From contig NC_068986.1 in NCBI RefSeq assembly GCF_001194135.2, positions 96,767,903 to 96,830,262 of the forward strand: a DNA stretch of 62,360 nt, given 5' to 3'. Below, piece by piece: positions 35,801 through 47,373 of this stretch (positions within the stretch are counted from its first letter, which is position 1; each line of letters begins with the position of its first letter). The position numbers and the translations under genes are program-made. Source of the DNA: Octopus bimaculoides. Lineage: Eukaryota. The notes beneath the pieces were generated by a model that saw only the letters and a list, made by a program, of their open reading frames with translations, did not search any database and was not told the DNA's origin.

Positions 35801-35979
35801 AAATGCCAAGGACAGTAGTTTACTTATGATTAAACACTACACCTCCAGTTGCCCTCTCTCCCTAGTCCCAGGAATACGGACTATAATCTTAAGAAACGTG
35901 ATTTGTGGAAACACATGTAGCAATGCATTAAAATATTTATAAATTCCATCCAAGGATCATTATTGTTACTACTATACAT

Positions 35980-36275
35980 CTTTTATTCTTTGCTTGTTTC
36001 AGTCGTTAGATTGCAGCCATGGTACTAATTGTATTGGTCCATTTTTCCAAACTGCTAAATTATGGACACATAAACACACCAACAGCTGTTGCCTAGTGAT
36101 GGTGGGAGACAAACACAGACACAAAGACATGAACACACACACGTGTGTGTGTGTGTGTGAGACAGGCGCCTTTCAGTGTCTATCTACCAAATCCACTCAC
36201 AAGGCTTTGGTTGGTCTGAAGCTATAGTATAAGACACTTGCCCAAGATGCCATACAGTGGGACTGAACCCAGAAC
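35980..36275 (-). mobile_element. SINE family C, degenerate
   Basis: CCAAATCCACTCACAAGGCTTTGG...GACACTTGCCCAAG...GTGGGACTGAACCC. Confidence 0.75.
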
Positions 36276-37329
36276 TATACATACATGCATACATACATAA
36301 ATACATACATCAAGGATTGACTAAATCAACAAGAAAGCAACAAAGAGGTCTTGACTCATGCCTAAATATCCAGCTTCCTCATGCTACTTCAACTACAACA
36401 CTTTCACTACTTAGGCCAATTACACCTCATGTCAGAAGGAAGGATACCAAAAGACCTGGAGTATTAACTCTATTTTTGCATCAAAAGTCTCTGCAAAAGA
36501 GACACAAAGTCTTTTTACATAATCATTGAAAGATGACAGGATATTGCTGATTATTCTAGGAGAGGCTGAGGTTTGCAGATGAAGATAAGTAAAATCAAAC
36601 AGTGTAGGGCAAGACTAACAGACTGTACCTTCAAATGTAATCACTTATATGTAGGTCTCTGTGTTCACAGCAAGACCAAAGCAAGACTTTCCAGGTGTAA
36701 ATCTTTAGTCAGATGAAACTAACAGAAGCCAGCAATACATATACATTATTGGTTTGACTTGAAGGAAGAGATTGTCTCTAACACAATGTCTGACAAAGAG
36801 GTAACTGTAAGCAGAAGATATGGCACAGTTAGAGCAAGTAGTGGCTGTATGTGGGACAAATGACAATATCACTATGATTATATAATGTTGAATCTCATAT
36901 AATGAGTGAAAATGATGGTTAATTGTACAAGGTATCTGTGGTATAAATAAATGATGAGATGACAAACATTAAAATGAATATAAACATTGTCACACAAAGC
37001 AAAAACTGATGCAGGACAGATATTGCACATATGTTGATATATTAAACTAATGCTTACAAGACCAATCATACATGCATTGACAATCCAAAACAAAAATGTC
37101 TAAAATTTACTGAAACAACTTTTAAATGATTGTATAACAGTTTTAAACAAGTCTTTATTAAACTGAAACTGCTCCAGGTTACTTTGGAAAGAGCAGAGAT
37201 GAATTTTTCCAATATATTTCACCACAAATTTCACCCTTTTTTAAAATCTTTGTGAACTTGTGTTTTCCATAAATAACCTCAGAAGAAAGCATAGTTCCTT
37301 AAACATTCCTATTACTACTAATTCCATAT

Positions 37330-38127
37330 TTAGTTACAGGACTTATTATGTCTAGTCACATGACTTTTTCTTGAAAATGACTTACCACAGATTTCACAGT
37401 TAAAAGGTCTCTCTCCAGTATGAACCATTACATGGATGCTTAAATTATAATTGGAAGAAAATGCCTTATCACATATTTCACACTGGAAAGGTTTCTCTCC
37501 TGTGTGAACAACATTGTGTCTTGTTACATGACATCTTCTCGAGAAGGCTTTACCACAAATTTCACAGTTAAATGGTTTCTCTCCTGTATGTACAGTCATA
37601 TGTTTGTTTAAATTATAATTAGATGAGAATGATTTACTACAAATTTCACACTGAAATGGACTGTCTCCAGAATGAAGCATTTTATGCATTTTGAAGTTAC
37701 TACTAGACATAAATGATTTACCACAAATTTCACAATTAAATGGTCGTTCACCTGTGTGAACCATTACATGCTTTGTTAAGTTACTATTAGATGTACAGGT
37801 CTTGCCACAAATTTCACACTGATGGGGACTCATACCAGCATGAGTCATTATATGGTTCTTTAAGTTACTACTAAATGAGAACGTCTTACTACAAATTTTA
37901 CACTGGTATGGCCTTTCTCCTGTATGAACTGTTCTATGTCTCCTTAAGCTACTATTACAGGAAAATGCTTTTCTACAAATTCCACAGTGGTACGGCTTCT
38001 CTCCTGTATGAGTTCGTAAATGTTCACTTAATTGCCAACTTCTTTTGAACTGTTTATCACAGATTTCACAATGAAATGATTTCTTTTCTCTTTGGACCAT
38101 TTTGCTTTCCATCAGACTATGACACAT
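37330..38127 (-). CDS. ZNF-4: zinc-finger protein, 8 C2H2 and a terminal C2HC finger, 265 aa
   Basis: ATG start preceded by an in-frame TGA; the last finger ends HNKSC*. Confidence 0.93.
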   Translation of the reverse strand: MCHSLMESKMVQREKKSFHCEICDKQFKRSWQLSEHLRTHTGEKPYHCGICRKAFSCNSSLRRHRTVHTGERPYQCKICSKTFSFSSNLKNHIMTHAGMSPHQCEICGKTCTSNSNLTKHVMVHTGERPFNCEICGKSFMSSSNFKMHKMLHSGDSPFQCEICSKSFSSNYNLNKHMTVHTGEKPFNCEICGKAFSRRCHVTRHNVVHTGEKPFQCEICDKAFSSNYNLSIHVMVHTGERPFNCEICGKSFSRKSHVTRHNKSCN

Positions 38128-38300
38128 TCATACTAATTGACCACAAATTAGTATGGTATTCGTTTTGTCTTTGAAAATTAAGAAAATAAAATTTCATATC
38201 TTTTATAAAGAATCAGCTGAAATCCTCTACATTGGTATTTTAGCAAATACGTTTCTATGATGTCATCTTTCATTAGCAATCCACTAAGGTACAAACATTT

Positions 38301-38315
38301 CCTGAAATACAACAA
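38301..38315 (-). other. Predicted splice acceptor of the ZNF-4 coding exon
   Basis: Identical 15-mer; 25-nt identity with ZNF-1 (AAACATTTCCTGAAATACAACAAAA). Confidence 0.8.
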
Positions 38316-38477
38316 AAGTGAATATTAACATAGAATTAATAATGGGTGGGGTTTGTACAAAGTCACACACCAGTGGCAGTAACTATGTCATATTTAAGTG
38401 TGTTTGTATGTTTGTGTGCATCAATGTGTATGTATATATATATATATATATGACGATGATGATGATGATATATATAT

Positions 38478-38597
38478 ATATATCATCATCATCATCGTTT
38501 AATGTCTGCTTTCCATGCTGGCATGGGCTGCACGATTTGATTGAGGACTGACTGGCGAACTATATGGCTGCACAAGGCTCCAATCTGATCTGGCAGA
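38478..38597 (-). mobile_element. Older RTE 3' tail fragment
   Basis: (ATC)nGTTTAATGTCTGCTTTCCATGCTGGCATGGG; similar tails at about 5375-5520 and 55005-55110. Confidence 0.7.
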
Positions 38598-39916
38598 GTT
38601 ATATATATATATATATATACATACATGCATATATGTATATACATATATGCATGTATATATATATATATATATATATATNNNNNNNNNNNNNNNNNNNNNN
38701 NNNNNNNNNNNNNNNNNNNNNNNNNNNNNNNNNNNNNNNNNNNNNNNNNNNNNNNNNNNNNNNNNNNNNNNNNNNNNNNNNNNNNNNNNNNNNNNNNNNN
38801 NNNNNNNNNNNNNNNNNNNNNNNNNNNNNNNNNNNNNNNNNNNNNNNNNNNNNNNNNNNNNNNNNNNNNNNNNNNNNNNNNNNNNNNNNNNNNNACATGC
38901 ATATATATGTGTGTGTATTCGGTCAGTAGTCCACAAGTCAGAAAAGGCATATTCTAAGAGAAAATTTGAGCTATAATACTTTTATATTGTCAAGTAGTAT
39001 ATTCCTGTATGTATAGTATAAAAAAAGATATGTAAATATAAATGCATTTTATTGCTTTATGGCCACTAGGAATAACTGTTTTAACAGTCCTAACATTTGT
39101 CTTGAAAAATGCACTAGAGCAGTCATTATAAAGCTAGCAGAAGTTTATACTGAGGAATCCACTAAATATTTACAGTAACACACACACTCATTCAGAGGTA
39201 TTAGCTTCAAAATGGAAACTGAAAAGTATCTAGGGGATCTTACAGTCAACTTAGCCTTTTATCCTTCTCTTTGAGGAATTATCTTAAGGACACCACTTGT
39301 TAGCTCGCCAATCTTCAATAAAAGCTAAAGAAAAACAATACTTCAGGTCAAATCAAACTGCATACAGATCAGAACTTTATTAATCTGACATTACAAGTCT
39401 GCATACAACAGCTTTTATGTTTATTGGTGCACTGACATCATTTGCTAGACTAATCACCATGCAGTATCTAGCTATAGCCCTTTATATTATATTATATGCT
39501 TCCTAGGGCTATAAAATATAGTATCGGTTGAGGATTGAAGTCAATTTCATAGTCTGATAAATCATCATTGTCATTTTACATCTGCTTTCTTTACTGAAGA
39601 GGTCATTTCTGCTTTCTCAGATAGACCCAAGGACCACATTTCACTCATAAGTTTTATTTTGAGCTTGGTTTCTACAGCTGAATGACCTTTCAAGCAATAA
39701 CCACCTTACAGAGTGTGACTGGTGCATCTTATTTGTGGCACCAGCACTGGAGAGATTGTTATGTCTGTGACAGTCTAAAGAGTAGTCACAACCCTACACT
39801 TAACAAGATATATAGAGTGCACTCTTATGTGAATGCAATTATAATAGAAGTTTCTGTATGGTTTGATTTGAATGATAACATCCATGCTTCTCTTCACAAA
39901 GAAATAATAGATTTAA

Positions 39917-40135
39917 CCTTTTAGCATTTAGATAATTCTATCAAATGTAATGTTTATTCATTCACATTGTTTTAAATTAATTGTGCATTATTTCATAGCT
40001 TTGCAATTCCAATGATGATTGTTTAATTTTTAGAATGACACTGGGATATTCGTGAGATGATAGCTGTGACTAGTTTGAACATAAAAACAGATAGAATATT
40101 TAGGCCAAATATGGTCGATTAAAAATACTAAAGGG
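39917..40135. mobile_element. piggyBac-type MITE
   Basis: TTAA|CCTTTTAGCATT...AATACTAAAGGG|TTAA. Confidence 0.75.
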
Positions 40136-40701
40136 TTAAACCCATAACGTTTTTATCAAGAAGCACTTACAGAAGTGGTAAATAGAAATATATCAACTGA
40201 AGTTCTGATTAATGCAACATTCATTCAGCATTGTAGCCTTTTAGTAAATATTTTTTTTTGTCACTGATCATTTCAGATCTGGCAATTGTCAATCTTTGCT
40301 TATTTGCCAGCATAAAATGCTTTACTTCCCTCAACCAATTATTTTATTTTTATTTTTTATAATTATCAGATTAAAAAAATAAAGGAAGGAAGGACCGTGA
40401 TTTTCAGGACCTTCATGACTGGGAGAAAGAAGTTATCTGAAGATTTGGCTCAAATGCTTGTAATAGGTTAGAACTCTGCTAAAGATAGCCATGGACCAGG
40501 TAATTGAGTTTAAACAGGAAGGGCCAAGTAGTTATGTTAAAACAGATGACTGATGAAGTTTATGACCCAAGAACAGGAGAGACTCCATTTAAATTTCACT
40601 CATAAGGCACTTGCCCAAAGTATCATGTAGTGGGATCGTAAAACGTCAAACCAGCTCCCAACTGAGAACATACGCAACAGTTTACAGGAAAAATTTATCA
40701 A

Positions 40702-41082
40702 AGGCGCAGGAGTGGCTGTGTGATAAGTAGCTTGCTTACCAACCACATGGTTCCGGGTTCATTCCCACTGCGTGGCACATTGGGCAAGTGTCTACTACTA
40801 TAGCCTCGGGCTGACCAAAGCCTTGTGAGTGGATTTGGTAGACGGAAGCTGAAAGAAGCCCGTCGTATATATGTATGTGTGTGTCTGTGTTTGTCCCCCC
40901 AACATCGCTTGACAACCGATGCTGGTGTGTTTTCGTCCCCGTAACTTAGCGGTTTGGCAAAAGAGACTGATAGAATAAGTACTAGGCATCCAAAGAATAA
41001 GTCCTGGGGTCGATTTGCTCGACTAAAGGCGGTGCTCCAGCATGGCCACAGTCAAATGACTGAAACAAGTAAAAGAGTAAAA
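40702..41082 (+). mobile_element. SINE family C, full length
   Basis: tRNA-like head, TTGGGCAAGTGT core-like motif, tail TGAAACAAGTAAAAGAG. Confidence 0.9.
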
Positions 41083-41240
41083 TTACGGTGCATGATTTCA
41101 AACTTGAAAATAAATTTTCGAAAGTGTGTATCCGTGTGTGCGCGCGTTTGTTTCAGGCAAACCTTGAATAAGTAGACATAAAAGGCATTCTAGCTATGAC
41201 TATCCTGTCTCTCTTTTTTTGTTTTTAAGATAGTAGGGTA

Positions 41241-41602
41241 GATGCGGGTGTGGCTGTGTAGTAAGAAGCTTGCTTCCCAACCAAATGGGTTTGGGTTCAG
41301 CCCCACTGCATGACACCTTGGGCAAGTGTCTTCTATAACCTCGGGCCGACCAAAGCCTTGAGTAGATTTGCTAGACGGAAACTAAAAAAAGCCCGTCGTA
41401 TGTGTGTGAGTGTGTCTCACCACCGCTTGACAACCGATGCTGGTATGTTTACGTCTCCATAACTTAGCGGTTCGGCAAAAGTAACCGATAGAATAAGAAC
41501 CAGGCTTTAAAAAAAGTACTGGGGTCGATTTGTCCAACTAAAACCCTTCACGAGGTGCTCCAGCATGACAGTAGTCAAATGAGTGAAACAAGTAAAAGAA
41601 TA
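41241..41602 (+). mobile_element. SINE family C, second adjacent copy
   Basis: Colinear with 40702-41082. Confidence 0.88.
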
Positions 41603-41760
41603 TTCGGTGGGCTTTTCTACCAGCTCGAGCGACCACGCAGAAGCTTCCTAGTTGTGTATATAACCCTATTAAGGAAGATGACAAGAGCAAAACCTAAATG
41701 TAACTTTGAGGCATGATACATGTGAACAGTAAAACCCGAAAAAACTAGTCATGTTCTACG

Positions 41761-42083
41761 GTTGTTGTTGGCACTCCGTCGAGGGTTCCAGTTGATCCGA
41801 TCAACGGAACAGCCTGCTCGTAAAATTAACGTGCAACGTGTAACCTTAACGTAGTTCTCGGGGATATTCAGCGTGACACAGTGTGACAAGGCTGACCCTT
41901 TGAATTACAGGCACAACAGAAACAGGAAGTAAGAGAAAGTTGTGGTGAAAGAGTACAGCAGGGTTCGCCACCATCCCCTGCTGGAGCCTCGTGGAACTTT
42001 AGGTGTTTTCGCTCAATAAACACTCACAACGCCGGGTCTGGGAATCGAAACCGCGAGTCCGCTGCCCTAACCACTGGGCCATT
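41761..42083 (-). mobile_element. SINE family A with small deletions
   Basis: Colinear with 11234-11613. Confidence 0.88.
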
Positions 42084-42600
42084 TACGGTAGTAAACAGCG
42101 AATTCAAAACTNNNNNNNNNNNNNNNNNNNNNNNNNNNNNNNNNNNNNNNNNNNNNNNNNNNNNNNNNNNNNNNNNNNNNNNNNNNNNNNNNNNNNNNNN
42201 NNNNNNNNNNNNNNNNNNNNNNNNNNNNNNNNNNNNNNNNNNNNNNNNNNNNNNNNNNNNNNNNNNNNNNNNNNNNNNNNNNNNNNNNNNNNNNNNNNNN
42301 NNNNNNNNNNNNNNNNNNNNNNNNNNNNNNNNNNNNNNNNNNNNNNNNNNNNNNNNNNNNNNNNNNNNNNNNNNNNNNNNNNNNNNNNNNNNNNNNNNNN
42401 NNNNNNNNNNNNNNNNNNNNNNNNNNNNNNNNNNNNNNNNNNNNNNNNNNNNNNNNNNNNNTTTTGGACAGTAGCTTTCGTCGTAGATAGAACCATATAT
42501 GACAAAAGTCTATCTCATTCACTCACAACGAAATTCCACAAACAAGTTGATTACACTTTGGGCCAAGGTGCTGGACAGTTGTTTTAGAATACTAAATAAT

Positions 42601-42802
42601 TTATTTCTTTATTGTCCATAGGGGCTAAACATAGAGGGGACAAACAAGGACAGACAAAGGGATTAAGTCGATTACATCGACCCAGTACGTAACTGGTACT
42701 TATTTAATCGACCCCAAAAGGATGAAAGCAAAGTCGACCTCGGCGGAATTTGAACTCAGAAAGTAACGGTAGACGAAATACTGCTAAGCATTTCGCCCGG
42801 CG
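42601..42802 (-). mobile_element. SINE family B
   Basis: Colinear with 5855-6078. Confidence 0.85.
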
Positions 42803-43168
42803 CCGGTTGTTTGAAGTCTATTTGGGATATTATTTATACCGTTAGATGATTATATTTATAGTATTTCGGGCGAGACTAAATTTACTGGCGGATTTGCGTA
42901 AAATTAGCGAACATAGTTGTTCGAAGACTTGACATAAAAAAGGGCAAATAATTAATAAAAATAAATAAGAGCAAGTTTAACGGAATGGTGTAAAGAAACT
43001 AGGAGCACATGTCACACAACACCATACGTTTTAGTTTATTTCTTCAACTAACTCACTATTAAAACACAAATTAACGAAGACAGTGTAATATAAACCAGCC
43101 AACACATTCAGTGAAACAAGATATCAACGGTAAAATGTTACATGTGTAAACATTAACTGTCCAAAGCT

Positions 43169-43178
43169 ATCTTACCTC
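43169..43178 (-). other. Predicted donor (GAG|GTAAGAT) of a non-coding ZNF-4 exon
   Basis: Same 10-mer as 3560 and 29263; implies a ~4.9-kb TE-filled intron. Confidence 0.5.
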
Positions 43179-43280
43179 AATACAACCGCTCTTTAAACAT
43201 CCTACACAGTTTAACAACACATTCCCTACTATATACTCCTTAAAAGTCCCTTGCCTACTGATAAACCACTATTATATATA

Positions 43281-43331
<51 letters not shown>

Positions 43332-43771
43332 NNNNNNNNNNNNNNNNNNNNNNNNNNNNNNNNNNNNNNNNNNNNNNNNNNNNNNNNNNNNNNNNNNNNN
43401 NNNNNNNNNNNNNNNNNNNNNNNNNNNNNNNNNNNNNNNNNNNNNNNNNNNNNNNNNNNNNNNNNNNNNNNNNNNNNNNNNNNNNNNNNNNNNNNNNNNN
43501 NNNNNNNNNNNNNNNNNNNNNNNNNNNNNNNNNNNNNNNNNNNNNNNNNNNNNNNNNNNNNNNNNNNNNNNNNNNNNNNNNNNNNNNNNNNNNNNNNNNN
43601 NNNNNNNNNNNNNNNNNNNNNNNNNNNNNNNNNNNNNNNNNNNNNNNNNNNNNNNNNNNNNNNNNNNNNNNNNNNNNNNNNNNNNNNNNNNNNNNNNNNN
43701 NNNNNNNNNNNNNNNNNNNNNNNNNNNNNNNNNNNNNNNNNNNNNNNNNNNNNNNNNNNNNNNNNNNNNNN

Positions 43772-43826
<55 letters not shown>

Positions 43827-44179
43827 ATTTGTGTATCGGTATGTGTGTCCTCTCTCTGTCCCTTTCCCCTTCTCTCTCTATTAGCGGAAGAGAGAAAGAT
43901 ATTCAGACTCCAAAAAGGGATTGAGGGGAAATAGAATAATTTCATTTACATACTTACACTCCAAACATTCCTACTCCTTGTTCTCACCTATAAATGTAAT
44001 TAGAGCACAGTTCCTGCCCAATTCTTTTTAGTGCCTAATCTTTTGTTATGTTCATTTGTTTTAAATGTTATTTAAATTTAACAGTGTGCATTAGAATAGA
44101 ATATATATAAGAATAAACAACGTACATTAGAAGATTTTTCTTCTAATGATTTGGTTTTGAGGAAGGTTATGCTCATATG

Positions 44180-44400
44180 CTTTGGAGTCCCTCTAAGGCT
44201 GATGCAAGAATGATATGGTGAGAAGGAATTCCATTGAAGTGATGTCCTGGAAAAGAATGGTTGAGCGTAGTGGTCAGAGTGGTTTCTAAGGCGTGGACAC
44301 AACATGAAGGACAAGACGAGAAAGGATGAGTTAGCAGGGCTTGAGTAGTGGTCTGGAACCTATCAGCTCCGTGTAGCAAAGACATCTAGCAGTTATAAAA
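44180..44400 (-). mobile_element. L2/CR1-like LINE 3' fragment
   Basis: HYAQPFFSRTSLQWNSF resembles the SFFPRTxxxWNSLP C-terminal motif. Confidence 0.55.
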
Positions 44401-45299
44401 GGCAGAGTGAGGAGATAGCATATCTATGAAACAAAAATTGGTATGTGATGTCGTGCATCAGGTGGTCCTTTTTGGAAACAGCAATTTCGCCTTCAACAAA
44501 TTGCTTCTTTCGATAGAATAATTTTATTTTGTTTTATTTATTTTGTTGTATATCTTAAGAAAAATTTCTTACAGCCTCATCAAACAAAATGGAAAAGATG
44601 TTGCTCGGGAGGATGGTAAGGGAGGTGTACTGGAACAGTCACAAGAGAACATAATGGTAATTTACTTAAAGCTGCCACATGAACATTTGTTCAGAGAAAT
44701 ATCAAACTCAGTTCTGTCTCTTATTACAACTCTTACTCCCTCCAGTCAACACATTTCTCAATGTTTTTACTTTTTTTGTTTTGTTTGCTCAACCAAAGGA
44801 GTTAAGGTAGAGGTAATGCCCCCCCCCATCCCTTTTCTGTCTGGACCATCATGACAGGTGGGAGAAAGGGAAGAATTTGTTCTTATTCATCTAAATACCT
44901 CTAACAGCATGGATTCCACTGTAGTCAAGTAGTGATGATAAACCTGGGGACAGATTAAAACTACTTACATGACTGAATGCTGTGATGTTATTATTTTATC
45001 ACAGAGTAACTTGCTCCAGCAAATTTATGATTTAAACCATTCCAGCTGTGACCATCCTGCCTTCTTTCATGTCAGGAACTACACTGTCCAATGAATCCTT
45101 TTCCTTTTTATCTAAGGTGGTTAATTTGTGATTTGAGTAATATTTGTTAACTATTTTTAGCAGGTCAAACAATTGTTGTATAGAGGTTCTCCTTCACAAT
45201 ATAATCATTAGCCATTTTGTTACTAGATATTTTTTTTGAACTTCACAGCCTTTGTTTCAATTCCCTCTCTCACTCTCTGGGAGAGAGAGGCACAAGCAC

Positions 45300-45445
45300 A
45301 TACACAGATATATACACGCACGGCAGTAACTTCCGCCTACCAAATTCAATGACAAAGCTTCGGTCGGCTCGGAGCTATAGCAGAAGACACTTGCCCAAGG
45401 TGCCACGCGGTGGGACTGAACCCGAAACCATGTAGCTGGGAAGTA
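45300..45445 (-). mobile_element. SINE family C, 5' half
   Basis: GACACTTGCCCAAGGTGCCACGCGGTGGGACTGAACCC. Confidence 0.8.
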
Positions 45446-45959
45446 AGAATTAAGGTTGAAAATTGTAAAGAATTTAGTAAAATATCTTCACCATTATTAA
45501 GCTGTTGTTTGTAACATGAATTAGCATGAAATTTTGATGGAAGATTTTTAGACCATTTTAAAACAGGAAGTCTGTATTATGGAACCAAGGGCAGTTTCAA
45601 GCAGGTTAATATCAAAAGAATTAAAGATGCTTGCTAATGCATGTCAATACCCCATACTCAAAAATTCTTTACTTCTAATATCTTTGTAGTAGGATGGGTT
45701 TACCTTTCATATTATTCACTTTAAGTACAATTCCATTTTAAAGCACACACATTATCAAAAATGCCATCAGAATCAGACATGGTTGTGACACAACAAATGA
45801 TTCTTAAAAAAATTGTTTATGAGCAAATGAGAGTACCACTAGAAATAACTGCCAAATCTCTATCAAAGCATACTTTTGTATCTGAAAATAGGAAGCACAC
45901 ATTGATCATAGGTCTGACTTATGGTTAATATTGTCATTCGCCAAATATTTTAGTTTATC

Positions 45960-46080
45960 TTCAATCCCAATATGTCTACAGTTGTCTATTAATACAGTTT
46001 CTTATGTTCTTTTTGTGTAACTAACTTTAGAAAATATTGCTCCACAAACATCACAATTGTATGCTCTTTCTTTCTCTCCT
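45960..46080 (-). pseudogene. Decayed C2H2-ZNF relic
   Basis: GEKERAYNCDVCGAIFSKVS, then frameshifted KEHKKLY*. Confidence 0.6.
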
Positions 46081-47022
46081 ATATAATACAAAGTTCAACT
46101 TCTGCTGTGGCAGAGTTTGGACAATGATGGGCACCACTAAGCTAAGCTGCTCTTTCAGTATTACACAAGAATAAGTAGTTGTTCTTTTCTCCCAAGCAGT
46201 TCTAATCAAGTAGATCTATGATCTAAGACTTTCCAGCTATGACTATCTCTCCTGTTGTAATATCTATGACGACATGGTCAAATATGTTTCCTTTTTTAAG
46301 AGAGTATGTTGTGATTTGAGGGAGATTTGGCTGGTATTTCTAGTAGGATTAGTGAATGGTGTCCCTACAACCAGATGGAGTCCTCACCAATATGATGTAC
46401 CGCATTTCCTGGCATCAAAGACGCTACTTTTTCCTAAAATAAGCCTCGAAAATCTACCATGTGTCCTGGAGGCCAAAGGTTGCATTTTTCATTGGCATAT
46501 CCTAACCCCAGAGGAAAATTGTCTATGCTAGACAGTAATCTGAACTCCAGTATATGACCGCTCAGTGAAGTGTAAAAATTATACTTTGCTATAGTAAATA
46601 AACAAAAGTATCAATTTTTAAAAAAATATACGCAATCACAAAAATTCATTCACATATGGGTAGTGTATGTTAGACGAGGCAACTGACGAGTGATATTTTA
46701 CAGGTATTGTCACTCTCTTCAAACAACCTGACTTCAAGGGAACATTATTATGTGACGAAAGAAGTAAAACTGCAGCATGTTAAAAGGGTTTATAAGCAAA
46801 TATTAATAACAATAATATTGTAATTACTTAGTTTCTGTGATGAAACATGTTGTGTTCAGTCATCACTTACTCACTCTATGTGATGAAATGTGTTGTGTTC
46901 AGACAGCAACATAGGCTTCCTCCTTGATGTCTGAAAGCCATGGTCTTAACCCGACCTGCTGACGTTAGGATGATCCGCAACTTCAGAAGATTTTATTTAA
47001 ACTTTTTAGCACAACCGTTATT

Positions 47023-47175
47023 ATGGCAACCTCAAGTAGAAGATACTCTTATACAATCGGCTACAAGCGACAAGTGATTAAATATACCAAACAGTATGGC
47101 AACAGGGCTGCAGAGAGACATTTTGGTGCACCGCCAACTGAGAAAATGATCTGCTACTGGAAGAAACAAAGACCT
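47023..47175 (+). pseudogene. Pogo-type transposase N-terminus (Brinker-like DNA-binding domain), truncated
   Basis: RRYSYTIGYKRQVIKYTKQYGNRAAERHFG...EKMICYWKKQ matches the BrkDBD pattern of POGK-like pogo transposases. Confidence 0.7.
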
Positions 47176-47186
47176 TTAGAAGCCTG

Positions 47187-47373
47187 TGTAACGTCCGTGC
47201 GAAGCGAGGTGACGAGAATGGCTCCTTAGTACATCACATGATTGATACAATAAATATAAATAGAATAATGCATATATGTGCCAGAGGGAAATAAGAGACA
47301 CAACTGGGTAGAATGTTTAAGAGAAAATTTATTGATATGTTAACATGTGTGATTGTGTGTGCGCCGTATATAC
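47187..47373 (-). mobile_element. 3' end of the LTR-like family, inserted into the pogo relic
   Basis: Reverse complement aligns to about 8260-8444, including CATATCAATAAA and the terminal CGCACGG.CGTTACA. Confidence 0.7.

Noticed and set aside
4428-43945. Long ORFs containing X runs (4428, 24327-25114, 38492-38976, 42003-42587, 43229-43945)
   Set aside because: Artefacts of N-gaps and (TA)n; only the RTE piece at 24440-24528 is real coding remnant.
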